Shown here: piece by piece, positions 17,542 to 28,034 of the stretch | Layout of the letters: each line of letters opens with the position of its first letter | Position numbering within the stretch: position 1 is the stretch's first letter | NCBI GenBank assembly: GCA_009726135.1 | Contig: WLIQ01000002.1 | Location: 2,239-66,238 of the forward strand | Direction: 5' to 3' | Length of the DNA: 64,000 nt | DNA from: Actinomycetota bacterium | GTDB taxonomy: Bacteria; Actinomycetota; Actinomycetes; Nanopelagicales; Nanopelagicaceae | Made by a program: the position numbers and the translations under genes | The notes under the pieces: generated by a model | Seen by the model: the letters and a program-made list of their open reading frames with translations, nothing else | What the model was told of the DNA's origin: nothing | Database searches by the model: none

Positions 17542-18276
17542 TTAGTTAAACAATGAATCGTCGGTGACTGGTGTTGAACTTCCGAAATCTACGCCTGCTG
17601 TTCGCAAACCAAAGTACAGAGATAATGTCTGAGATGCATGAACAAGACGTTTTGCCTGAAGTGGTGTGACTGCAACAGTGATAAGTGCCGAGGTATTACC
17701 ACCGGATGCACCATCAGGTGTTTGCAGAACTTGACTACCCACTGCCAAAACCTGGGTACGTGGGATTAAAACTTGAGTGTATTTTGTGTTTCCACTTTGT
17801 CCCGTGACAAAAATTGTAATTTCAGAGCCAGGTTGTAAGAAACTTGCCACACGAGCCGGATCAGATAACGAAACCGTCACAGCTAACTGGCCATCTGGGA
17901 TTACCAGTGCTCCTGTATTTGCTGCACTGACGCCGAAATTATTTTGGAGAAGTAACTGTCCTGGCTGCAATGTTTGAAGTGCGACTAGATCAGACTTGCT
18001 TGCATTGACTGAAGATAGAGCCTGTGTCGGCACCGCTTCTTGAGGGAATTGTTTCTCTTCGATATATCCCTGATTGATTGCCGAACCAAGTGCAGTTCCA
18101 ATGGGGATCTGCTGAATTGCAATAAGTACTGCTGTGGTCTGTTGACTTGAGCGAAGTCGAGATTCGACTCCGGATGTGTAGGTATAAATCGATAAACCTG
18201 AAAGGACTGAAAGGAGAAGGATGACAATAAATTGAACTGTCGTCTTCTTCATCTTAGAGCGGAGTTTTAGTTTCAT
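17542..18276 (-). CDS. cpaB: Flp pilus assembly protein CpaB/RcpC
   Basis: N-terminal TM, SAF-like IPIGT, IPDGQLAVTV..VASFLQPGS, ITVAVTPLQA. Confidence 0.88.
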   Translation of the reverse strand: MKLKLRSKMKKTTVQFIVILLLSVLSGLSIYTYTSGVESRLRSSQQTTAVLIAIQQIPIGTALGSAINQGYIEEKQFPQEAVPTQALSSVNASKSDLVALQTLQPGQLLLQNNFGVSAANTGALVIPDGQLAVTVSLSDPARVASFLQPGSEITIFVTGQSGNTKYTQVLIPRTQVLAVGSQVLQTPDGASGGNTSALITVAVTPLQAKRLVHASQTLSLYFGLRTAGVDFGSSTPVTDDSLFN

Positions 18277-18289
18277 AGCTCACTTTCAA

Positions 18290-19492
18290 TCACGGTAGTA
18301 GTTGTACAGCCATCGCGCCCACTGCTGGGAATGTTGGATCAAGGGATACATCTGCCCCTGGAACTATTGCACGCTCAAATGTACCGTAAAGACAGTTTCG
18401 AGTAGCGTCACATGCCGGTGGCCATGACTGATTATTTTGGCAAGGGTCACCAACTGCACATGGTGGGCCTGAACCAACGCGACCACGGTTCTTAAATTTG
18501 GCGCCAATGAATTTAAAACTGAAAAAACTTGCTACTTTAAAAACATAGTTTCCTTGACAGTTAACTGATTGTGATTGGCAAGAGACACTTGTGACGACAG
18601 GTATAAAAACTTTGGTATTTAGAAATCGTGAAAGCTGAAAATAGAATTGAAATTGACCACTTGGGCATCCTTGCTCAACTTGCGTTAGGGATGACTCCAC
18701 TTGAAGAGTATCTCCTACCTTTACATTGTTGGATGCGCTAACACCCGGGCAGCCAAAGCCAATCAATAAATCAAAACCATTCGTTGGGGATGCATAATTG
18801 AAAGTATCACCATTAAGATCTGTAAAACTGCATCCTCCTGTCACAACTGGGTTATTAGAGGAGAAATCCTGAATTAACTTTGTGCCATTAATTGCATAAT
18901 CACAAATTGGAAGCGCAACAGGGAAAACTACTGGCGCAAATGCAGCTTTACCCCAAGCAGATTGCGCGCATCCAATTACTTTTACATTTGAATTTGAAGG
19001 ATTAACAAGTGAAGTGAAAAGTGCAGAAATTGAAGTACCTGAACTCTGCCTTGTGCTTGTTTTCACACGAACATAATTCTTATAATCTGAATTTACCGAC
19101 TTGCATTCAAATTGGCCATTATTTAGGGAGCCACATTGATTTAATGGAGCTGTTCCACAAATTTCTGATACATCTGAAAGCGCATCTGGAGAGTTGAGAT
19201 TTGCATACTTGCCTGCAAAATCGAGTGCGTAGCTTTGGTTTCCACATACGCTACTCGCATAGGCGCTATTCAAATTTAAAATTGCACCGGTTCCAACCAC
19301 GGCACATTCCTGGGCAGTTGCTAAAACCGAAGTATCTGCAGCGTTTTGAATTACCCGTCTCTCAGAATAAAGAGATGAAATATCAAAAACAATCATAAAT
19401 AAAGCAATGACCAAAATGGAAGACATCAAAATGGCGAAGAGAGCAGCTATTGCTCCATCTTCTTTATTGAGATTAACCAACTTTTTAGGCAT
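18290..19492 (-). CDS. TadG-like Cys-rich pilus tip protein
   Basis: EDG/AIA prepilin-like site, FDISSLY..QNAADTSVLA. Confidence 0.8.
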   Translation of the reverse strand: MPKKLVNLNKEDGAIAALFAILMSSILVIALFMIVFDISSLYSERRVIQNAADTSVLATAQECAVVGTGAILNLNSAYASSVCGNQSYALDFAGKYANLNSPDALSDVSEICGTAPLNQCGSLNNGQFECKSVNSDYKNYVRVKTSTRQSSGTSISALFTSLVNPSNSNVKVIGCAQSAWGKAAFAPVVFPVALPICDYAINGTKLIQDFSSNNPVVTGGCSFTDLNGDTFNYASPTNGFDLLIGFGCPGVSASNNVKVGDTLQVESSLTQVEQGCPSGQFQFYFQLSRFLNTKVFIPVVTSVSCQSQSVNCQGNYVFKVASFFSFKFIGAKFKNRGRVGSGPPCAVGDPCQNNQSWPPACDATRNCLYGTFERAIVPGADVSLDPTFPAVGAMAVQLLP

Positions 19493-20020
19493 TTAGTTCA
19501 TGCACCTCATCGTGCCAGTTGATGTCAGAGTAAAATCTTGAAGCCAAGTGGCTCCTGGTGAAATAAGTGTTATTAGGCCGACAGGTAGCAGCCACTTAAA
19601 GTTTGTTGAGGCCGTAACGGAAGTGTTTTCAGATGATTGTGCTGCAGAACATTGAGTGATAGCTACTGTTAATACGCCTGCACCATCTAATTGCGCTACA
19701 CGAGCAGCAGCCGGTGCAGAAGTCTGCACAAAATCACTAAGGGTCTGGGTACTTCCGACTCCAGATGAATAAAGCGAGCTATATCGAGCACCTTCTCGCG
19801 AGGCTGCAGTAACACTCACCTGCACAAACCCCATACGACCAAAATCTATGAGACCAACAATTAGTACAAGTAAAAGCGGAAGAATCAATGCAAACTCAAC
19901 AGCCGTTGCACCGCTCTCATAAACAGAAGCACTCCTCCGCACCTTGGTAGTTCTTTTGGTGCGAAGGAGTGCTATCTGGACTATTTGTTTTAGGCGCACA
20001 CGTTTGTTGTCGCGTTCCAT
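19493..20020 (-). CDS. tadE: TadE-like pseudopilin (true start may be GTG at 19999 or later)
   Basis: ESG/ATAVEFALILPLL..IDFGR..ASREGARY. Confidence 0.88.
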   Translation of the reverse strand: MERDNKRVRLKQIVQIALLRTKRTTKVRRSASVYESGATAVEFALILPLLLVLIVGLIDFGRMGFVQVSVTAASREGARYSSLYSSGVGSTQTLSDFVQTSAPAAARVAQLDGAGVLTVAITQCSAAQSSENTSVTASTNFKWLLPVGLITLISPGATWLQDFTLTSTGTMRCMN

Positions 20021-20244
20021 GTTCCACCCTTAACCACACAAGCTGCGCGGCTAAATAGGATAGAGATGTTAGTTCCCAACAAGGTTACTGCAACAATAAT
20101 TGCGACAGCGATCAATCCTACGATGAGAGCGTACTCAACTGCTGTGGCTCCGCCTTCTTCGCGAGAAAATCGTGACAGTTTGTTCTGAACTTGAGACAAC
20201 GCAACATTGCGTGCTGCAATGGCTTTTACAACTAAACCGGTCAT
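19990..20244 (-). CDS. flp: Flp family type IVb major pilin
   Basis: EEGG/ATAVEYALIVGLIAV; ATG at 20244 preceded by AAGGA and an upstream TAGAAT -10 box. Confidence 0.92.
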   Translation of the reverse strand: MTGLVVKAIAARNVALSQVQNKLSRFSREEGGATAVEYALIVGLIAVAIIVAVTLLGTNISILFSRAACVVKGGTWNATTNVCA

Positions 20245-20409
20245 GGTATTCCTTTTCCTTTGGGTATAGAGCCTGACAGGCATAATTCTACCTTTTAAGC
20301 CTTCTAAAACCCTTTAAGTTCCTTGTGAAAGTTCTAAATTTTATGGTACCGATACTAGGTGGTCGTGAAATAACTCCTTAGCCACTGAACGTCTATTACC
20401 CTTCTACCC

Positions 20410-20772
20410 ATGTCCATGCATCCGCAAGCCCAAGCTTTTCTCGACTACACCGCAAAGCACAATGTTCTGCCAGAAAATCCAACTCTTGAAGATCTTCGGG
20501 CCGATGCAGCGGATTATTTAAAGCATGCCGTGCCGGCCCGCGCTATGGTATTTACTAATGTCGCTCCCGCAATTATTGCTTTGGCTGAACATGATGTTTT
20601 GCGCGATGACGGCGCAAACTATGCAGTAGCCCTAAAAAAGGCGGGAATACCAGTCACGATGAAGGAGTATCCGGGAATGATTCATAGTTTCTTTGGTCAC
20701 GGTTTTATGGTCGAAGATGCTTACAATCTCCGTAAATGGCTCAGCGTGCAGATAGTTAAAGCTGTTCACTAG
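20410..20772 (+). pseudogene. Internally deleted HSL-family alpha/beta hydrolase
   Basis: N-cap MHPQAQAFL and C-terminal AEHDVLRDDG..YPGMIHSF are present; HGGG and GDSAG motifs are missing. Confidence 0.7.
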
Positions 20773-21509
20773 TGTTTGAAGCACACACTTTACTAATTGC
20801 GAGCTGTTTACTTGTGGGTGCAATTCTTTACACATCCGTGGGGCATGCTGGCGCTTCGGCGTATATCGCCATCATGACTCTATTTGACCTTCCTCCGCTA
20901 GTTATTAAACCTACCGCGCTAACCCTAAATATCTTTGTTTCCTCTTACACTTCGCTTCGCTATATCAAGAGTCATTTCTTTAATAAATCCCTCTTTCTTT
21001 ATCTGAGCTTTGGATCAATTCCGGCTGCCTACATAGGTGGTCACATCAATCTGCCCAGCAATATTTATAGGCCAATTATTGGTGTTCTCCTGCTGTTATC
21101 TGGAGTTCGCTTTCTTGTTCAATCGTTGCACACTGATAAAGCACACCGGGAGATAAATAAAGTAATAGCAGTTTTTATCGGCTCTTGCGTTGGTTTCTTA
21201 TCAGGAATCACTGGTACAGGGGGCGGAATCTTCTTATCCCCCCTAATTATTTGGCTAGGCTGGGTCAGTGTTAAGCAAGCAAGTGGCACTGTTGCCGCTT
21301 TTATCTTTGTTAACTCAACAGCTGGCTTACTTGGAAATCTGCAATCAACTTCATCGCTGCCAACTGAGCTTCCAGTGTTCTTGGTGGCAGTATTACTTGG
21401 TGCATTTATAGGAACACGATTTGGGATCAAAAGATTTTCATCCGTTGGGGTTAAGCGCGCCCTGGGCTTTGTTTTACTAATTGCTGGTGTTAAGTTCCTA
21501 TTCGCTTAA
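20772..21509 (+). CDS. TauE/SafE (TSUP) family transporter
   Basis: YTSVGHAGASAY and GITGTGGGIFLSP motifs. Confidence 0.88.
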   Translation: MFEAHTLLIASCLLVGAILYTSVGHAGASAYIAIMTLFDLPPLVIKPTALTLNIFVSSYTSLRYIKSHFFNKSLFLYLSFGSIPAAYIGGHINLPSNIYRPIIGVLLLLSGVRFLVQSLHTDKAHREINKVIAVFIGSCVGFLSGITGTGGGIFLSPLIIWLGWVSVKQASGTVAAFIFVNSTAGLLGNLQSTSSLPTELPVFLVAVLLGAFIGTRFGIKRFSSVGVKRALGFVLLIAGVKFLFA

Positions 21510-21907
21510 GCTAGTAGCTCATTCAGTAGTGTTTCAACGCGCGCTTTAATCTCATCACGAATAAGCCTTACAGATTCAATCCCCTGGCCTGCTGGATCTT
21601 CGAGTACCCAATCTTCATATCGCTTGCCTGGATAAAACGGACAAGCATCTCCGCAGCCCATGGTCACAACAGCATCAGATGCTTGTACTGCTTCGGGAGT
21701 TAGAACTTTAGGAACGTTGTTCGCAATATCAATGCCTAGTTCTGCCATAGCTGCAATTGCTACCGGATTGATTGAATCTTTTGGTGCTGAACCCGCGGAG
21801 AGAACTTCTACTCGATCCCCGCCGAGTGATTTCATAAAACCTGCAGCCATTTGTGAACGTCCAGCGTTGTGAACGCAAACAAAAAGTACGGTTGGTTTAT
21901 TTGTCAT
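21506..21907 (-). CDS. arsC: Arsenate reductase ArsC (LMW-PTP fold)
   Basis: CVHNAGRSQMA, TMGCGDACP. Confidence 0.92.
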   Translation of the reverse strand: MTNKPTVLFVCVHNAGRSQMAAGFMKSLGGDRVEVLSAGSAPKDSINPVAIAAMAELGIDIANNVPKVLTPEAVQASDAVVTMGCGDACPFYPGKRYEDWVLEDPAGQGIESVRLIRDEIKARVETLLNELLA

Positions 21908-22544
21908 GTGTGAGCACCTTTGTTAGACCCAAGCCAATGAAAGCGCCCAGTAATTGAGCAAGAATGAATTTTGTAACGGATTCCGGAGCAATACCGGCAA
22001 AAGAATTAGTAAAAGCTCTACCAATAGTGACGGCAGGGTTTGCAAAAGAAGTTGAACTAGTAAAAAAGTATGCGCTTCCAATCCATGACGCCACAGTTAC
22101 TGGAATCATTGTGAATTTTTCCTGGGTAACAAGCAAGCTAATAATCATGATTAAACCTGCAGTAGCAACTATTTCTCCGATATAAAGATTGCCACCTGAA
22201 CGCACCTTAGTTGCAGTTTCTAGGAGCGGATGGCTAAACATCGCATTTGCTAAGGCTGCCCCAGAAATTGCCCCTGCAATTTGCGCCACTGTATATTGAA
22301 TTAATACTAAAAACGTTGTGCGCCCTTGTATCAGATCAATTAGAGTTACAACGGGATTGAAATTAGCGCCACTGATAGGTAACAGGATCTGAATCAGAAC
22401 CATCAAGCCAAAAACAGTCGAAATCGTGTTAATTAAAAGCTGAACCCCGATATCTTGTGAAAGGTTTGTTGCCATAATGCCTGAACCAACAACTATTGCA
22501 ACTAAAAGAGCTGTGCCGAGAAACTCAGCAAGGGCCTTTTTCAT
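21897..22544 (-). CDS. MIP/aquaporin family channel (arsenic-associated type)
   Basis: SGANFNPV and FTSSTSFANPA; adjacent to arsC. Confidence 0.9.
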   Translation of the reverse strand: MKKALAEFLGTALLVAIVVGSGIMATNLSQDIGVQLLINTISTVFGLMVLIQILLPISGANFNPVVTLIDLIQGRTTFLVLIQYTVAQIAGAISGAALANAMFSHPLLETATKVRSGGNLYIGEIVATAGLIMIISLLVTQEKFTMIPVTVASWIGSAYFFTSSTSFANPAVTIGRAFTNSFAGIAPESVTKFILAQLLGAFIGLGLTKVLTHDK

Positions 22545-23045
22545 TTACGAAACAGCGATGATGTCTACGACGAAAATTAGCGTTTCATTTGGGCCGATTG
22601 GTCCAGAGCCATTAGGGCCATAACCAAGTTCGGCTGGAATCACTAGCAAGCGGCGTCCGCCAACTTTTGCACCAGGTAAACCTTGTTGCCATCCTGCAAT
22701 AACACCCGCGAGAGGGAACGTGGCCGGTTGACCACCATTCCATGATGACTCCACGATTGCACCATTTGACCATGTCATCAATGTGTAATGAACAGTCAAA
22801 GTAGAAGTCGCAACTACTTCTGTGCCTGTTCCAACAATGATGTCCTGCGTTTGCAAGGTTGTTGGCGCAGTGCCGGTTGGCGCTGTAATTGTTGGTGCTT
22901 CACCTGCATTGGCAGTTACTGCCGGTAAACCTTGAGATGTTGATTCTGACACTTTATCTTTTCCTCCACATGCTGACAGTGATGTAATTGCTACTGCGAA
23001 AATTGCTGCGATTGCTAGGTTTCTGACCTTTGACTTCATTTGCAT
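22545..23045 (-). CDS. FKBP-type peptidyl-prolyl isomerase lipoprotein
   Basis: Lipobox LSAC; VIAGWQQGL, IPAELGYG, TLIFVVD. Confidence 0.92.
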   Translation of the reverse strand: MQMKSKVRNLAIAAIFAVAITSLSACGGKDKVSESTSQGLPAVTANAGEAPTITAPTGTAPTTLQTQDIIVGTGTEVVATSTLTVHYTLMTWSNGAIVESSWNGGQPATFPLAGVIAGWQQGLPGAKVGGRRLLVIPAELGYGPNGSGPIGPNETLIFVVDIIAVS

Positions 23046-23048
23046 CCT

Positions 23049-24383
<1,335 letters not shown>

Positions 24384-25583
24384 CTAACTGATAGTAAAGG
24401 TCGGAATTTTCTTAGACAGGGCGGGAACGATGCCCCACTGTGTGGTGATTTCACGATATCTCTCGATATCTAGCGAATCTGGTTGTGCCCCAGTCTTCAC
24501 AGCGCGAATCATGATATTTCGAGGCGTATGTTCTCCTCCAATAAATTCAATCACTTCGACGCGATATCCAACTATGCGCAAAATCTGCGCGCGCAATGCA
24601 TCAGTGAGCAAATCTCCCATCCGTTCCTTCAAAACTCCAAACTTAGTAAGTGCACCCCATGGCTCTGGGGTTTCTTCCATTTGCTTTTGAATATCGTGAT
24701 GGCAACAAGGGGCAATCAATAAAAGTTTGGCTCCGCCATTTACTGCCCAAGCGATCGCATCATCAGTTGCCGTGTCACAGGCATGCAATGCAATAGCAAT
24801 ATCGGCTTGCTGGGCAGTTGTATTAGCAATTTCTTCAGCTTTGAATGTAATTGACTCTGAAATCCCAAGTGATACTGCAATTGCATTATTTCGATCACGT
24901 GAAGCTGGGCGAATATCAATTCCAGTTACATGAATATTCATGCCAATACTGCGAAGATACTGATGTGCAGCAAAAGTTAAATAAGCATGGCCACACCCAA
25001 GATCAACGACTGAGAGGGGCTTAATTTTACTTGGCTTTTCTATTTGCCCAGCCTCAATAGCTGAATTAAGTGTTGGAACCAATAAACGTAAAAACTCTTC
25101 CACTTGTTTATATTTATCATTTTTTGACGGCTTAATCTGACCTTTGTGATCGGAAATTCCAACTTCAAGAAGAAAAGGATCTGCCGGGTCCAGCAATCTC
25201 TCTTTTTTCTTGTCGTGAGCTAAGTCCTGCTGAAGCACTATCTTTTCATAGTGAACTAGTGCATCACCGCTTTTAGTTACTCGGATACTCATGGATTCAT
25301 CCACGCTATCTATCGTGATATTTGCATAACCACTAGAAAGAAGTTCCAAAACTGCAGTACTTTCCGGTGCGATATTTCTAGTTGTAGTGGCACGACCATC
25401 GCTGTGAGTAAGCTGTAAAAGGATTGAACCCTTAATTTCAACTGGCCTGATATCAATTCGCTCATGCTCTGTTTGCATATTGCGCCGACGTCCAGACAAT
25501 ACAACTCTAACAAGTGAGTTCGTTTGGCAAGTTTTTAGCGCCCCTTCACGCAATACCTCGTCTAAAACTAATTTATTGCGCAC
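24384..25583 (-). CDS. Class I SAM-dependent methyltransferase
   Basis: VDLGCGHAYL, ALHACDTATD, APCCHH, EHTPRN. Confidence 0.88.
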   Translation of the reverse strand: MRNKLVLDEVLREGALKTCQTNSLVRVVLSGRRRNMQTEHERIDIRPVEIKGSILLQLTHSDGRATTTRNIAPESTAVLELLSSGYANITIDSVDESMSIRVTKSGDALVHYEKIVLQQDLAHDKKKERLLDPADPFLLEVGISDHKGQIKPSKNDKYKQVEEFLRLLVPTLNSAIEAGQIEKPSKIKPLSVVDLGCGHAYLTFAAHQYLRSIGMNIHVTGIDIRPASRDRNNAIAVSLGISESITFKAEEIANTTAQQADIAIALHACDTATDDAIAWAVNGGAKLLLIAPCCHHDIQKQMEETPEPWGALTKFGVLKERMGDLLTDALRAQILRIVGYRVEVIEFIGGEHTPRNIMIRAVKTGAQPDSLDIERYREITTQWGIVPALSKKIPTFTIS

Positions 25584-25592
25584 ACCGCGATT

Positions 25593-26741
25593 CTAAGTGC
25601 GAGGCAGGCTAACTTCAATTGCCAGCCCACCGAGTTCGCTCTTGCGCAAGGTAAAAGAACCATCATGTCTTTCGATAACGGCATTCATGATGCTCATACC
25701 AAGACCTGTGCCACCTGTATCACGGGAACGAGATCGATCAAATCGCTTGAGCCCACGGATTTTCTCCCCATATGACTCATTAGGTAATCCAGGTCCACTG
25801 TCTTCAATAATAATAAGAATCTGCTTCTCAGCTTTCACTGTGACCCTTACAGACGTGCTTGGTGGGGTGTGCAAACGGATATTAGTAAGGGCATTTTGAA
25901 TAAAGCGCTGTAAATACTTTTCTGACCCTGCTAAAACAGCCTTTTGGTCAATCTGGATTGTTACATTATGGGTTGGTGATATTTCTTGAAACTCCAAAAT
26001 ATTTTTACGAATGAGATCTGCAATATTGATTTCTTCAAAAACAATATCTCCCTCTTCACCTAATTGAGCCAACATTAAAAGATCGCTAATCAAAAAATCC
26101 ATACGTTTTAATTCACTATTAAGGCGATCAAAAGCAGCACTTTCACGTTCTGGATCTAGCTGTTTGCCTTTGAGTAGTTCTGCATACCCTTTGACAACTG
26201 TCATCGGTGTTCGGAGTTCGTGTGCGGCATCGCCTAAAAACTCTTGCATTTTTTGCCTTTGAGCACGCTCTTGAGTCAGCGCCCCAGAACGAGAGAGTAT
26301 GAAGGAAATTATGGAAGCGATAATATTGGCGATAATGATGTAAATAATGAGCTTCCATAGATTTCTATCCAAGGAATGATTTATATCCAATAAAGAACTT
26401 GCGAGAATTAATTCGTTACCTTCTGCGATTGGAATATTACGAATTCGTACATCTTGACCAGTTATTGGTGTACCAGAAGAATCGCGCAAGATTGTTGTTT
26501 CGCCTTTGGGTGTTGCAAATGCCAAAGTAAAGTCGAAGTTGTTTTGTTCGATACTCAGTAGTGCCGCGCTGACTGCATTTAATGGATTATTGCGAATATC
26601 GCTTTCTACTTGGTCTAAGCGTTTATCCACCATTGAAATTTCACTTTGGTGAGATCCCCAGATTGCAAAGCCTCCAATAAGAATGGAGAAAATCGATGTA
26701 ACTAACGCAGTCGAGATTAATTGCCGAGTTCTAATTTTCAT
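25593..26741 (-). CDS. Sensor histidine kinase (2 TM, no obvious HAMP)
   Basis: AAHELRTP, EDSGPG, GTGLGMSI. Confidence 0.92.
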   Translation of the reverse strand: MKIRTRQLISTALVTSIFSILIGGFAIWGSHQSEISMVDKRLDQVESDIRNNPLNAVSAALLSIEQNNFDFTLAFATPKGETTILRDSSGTPITGQDVRIRNIPIAEGNELILASSLLDINHSLDRNLWKLIIYIIIANIIASIISFILSRSGALTQERAQRQKMQEFLGDAAHELRTPMTVVKGYAELLKGKQLDPERESAAFDRLNSELKRMDFLISDLLMLAQLGEEGDIVFEEINIADLIRKNILEFQEISPTHNVTIQIDQKAVLAGSEKYLQRFIQNALTNIRLHTPPSTSVRVTVKAEKQILIIIEDSGPGLPNESYGEKIRGLKRFDRSRSRDTGGTGLGMSIMNAVIERHDGSFTLRKSELGGLAIEVSLPRT

Positions 26742-26746
26742 TGGAA

Positions 26747-27430
26747 TTACTTTGGCTCCTGAATCTGGAAACCAACTCCGCGAACAGTTTTAATCCCCTC
26801 AAATCCTTCCCGATGTAGTTTCTTGCGTAAATATGAAATATAGGTATCCACAACCGTGCTCTCCGATTCAAAAGTGATTCCCCAAACTTCATCTAGGAGA
26901 AGAGTCTTGCTCAATACGCGGCCTTTTTTCTCCATAAGAATCTGTAACAGTCGATACTCGGTGGGCGACAAGTCAACTTCTTCACTTTTAAAAGTCACAA
27001 GATGCTGATCATCATCAATAGTTATCGGACCACAAGAAAGTAAAGTTGGAACATCAATCTTCTTAGTCGAGCGACGTAAAATCGCTTTAATTCGCAAAAC
27101 TAACTCTTCAATCCCAAATGGTTTGATTACGTAGTCGTCTGCGCCGATCTTCAAACCCCGGGTAATATCTGCTTTATCTTCGCGAGCCGTAAGCATCAAC
27201 ACGGGAGTCAAATCATTGCTACTGCGTAAGCGCTCTACTAATTCAAAACCATCCATAAGTGGCATATTGATATCGATAACTAATAAATCTGGTTTGTGAG
27301 TGCGCAATAGAGTTAACGCCGACATACCGTCGGTGGCTTCTAGAGTTTCAAAGCCAGCAATTCGTAGGGTGTCATTTAACAAAGCGCGGACCCCTGGCTC
27401 ATCGTCGACAATCATTATTAGCTCGGCCAT
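26747..27430 (-). CDS. OmpR/PhoP-family response regulator
   Basis: IVDDE, DINMP, VVDTYISYLRKK, KTVRGVGF. Confidence 0.93.
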   Translation of the reverse strand: MAELIMIVDDEPGVRALLNDTLRIAGFETLEATDGMSALTLLRTHKPDLLVIDINMPLMDGFELVERLRSSNDLTPVLMLTAREDKADITRGLKIGADDYVIKPFGIEELVLRIKAILRRSTKKIDVPTLLSCGPITIDDDQHLVTFKSEEVDLSPTEYRLLQILMEKKGRVLSKTLLLDEVWGITFESESTVVDTYISYLRKKLHREGFEGIKTVRGVGFQIQEPK

Positions 27431-27490
27431 GGGTTCACTCTTGCATGATGTGCCCATAATTCCAATAATTTGCGAGATAGTTGAGGCGTT

Positions 27491-27507
27491 TCACAGAAAA
27501 ATCACAA
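27491..27507 (+). promoter_or_regulatory. OmpR/PhoP-type direct repeat
   Basis: TCACAG-N5-TCACAA, 11-bp period, between the regulator and the divergent gene. Confidence 0.45.
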
Positions 27508-27571
27508 TGGAGCCGACGAAAGTAGACGCCTAGTTCAACTGGTAAATCGAAGACTTGACTATCGTTAGACC

Positions 27572-27949
27572 ATGAAGAAATTCAATGTACGGCTGGCAGA
27601 AAAAATCACTGGTGGCGTTGCAACAATGTGGTGTGCATACTTATTTGCAGCAATCGCACTTATTTCGCTGCCGAAGGCAGTGAGTTCTGGTGACTCTATC
27701 GTCATCGTTTCCTGGGTTGCCCAAACATTTCTGCAGTTAGTTTTGCTATCCATCATTATGGTTGGACAGAAAGTTCAATCTCAAAGTGTGGAAAAAACTA
27801 TAAATGAGACCCATGCTGCCTCTCTTGCTGAATTTGAATTAGCAAAAGAAGCCCGTGGTATCGCACACAGTGAGCTAGCAGAACTGCATCAATTATCAAA
27901 AGACATGCACAAATTGATGAGAGAAGTAGAATCTCGATTAAAAAGCTAA
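27572..27949 (+). CDS. DUF1003-like membrane protein
   Basis: ITGGVATMWCAY...QTFLQLVLLSIIMVGQ plus coiled-coil tail. Confidence 0.7.
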   Translation: MKKFNVRLAEKITGGVATMWCAYLFAAIALISLPKAVSSGDSIVIVSWVAQTFLQLVLLSIIMVGQKVQSQSVEKTINETHAASLAEFELAKEARGIAHSELAELHQLSKDMHKLMREVESRLKS

Positions 27950-28034
27950 ATCGTTATAAAATAGAGACATAACTGTTCGGGCTTTCAGTCTTCTTACATT
28001 GCCTGCTTAGACGGCCGTGACTTAAGTTCACCTT

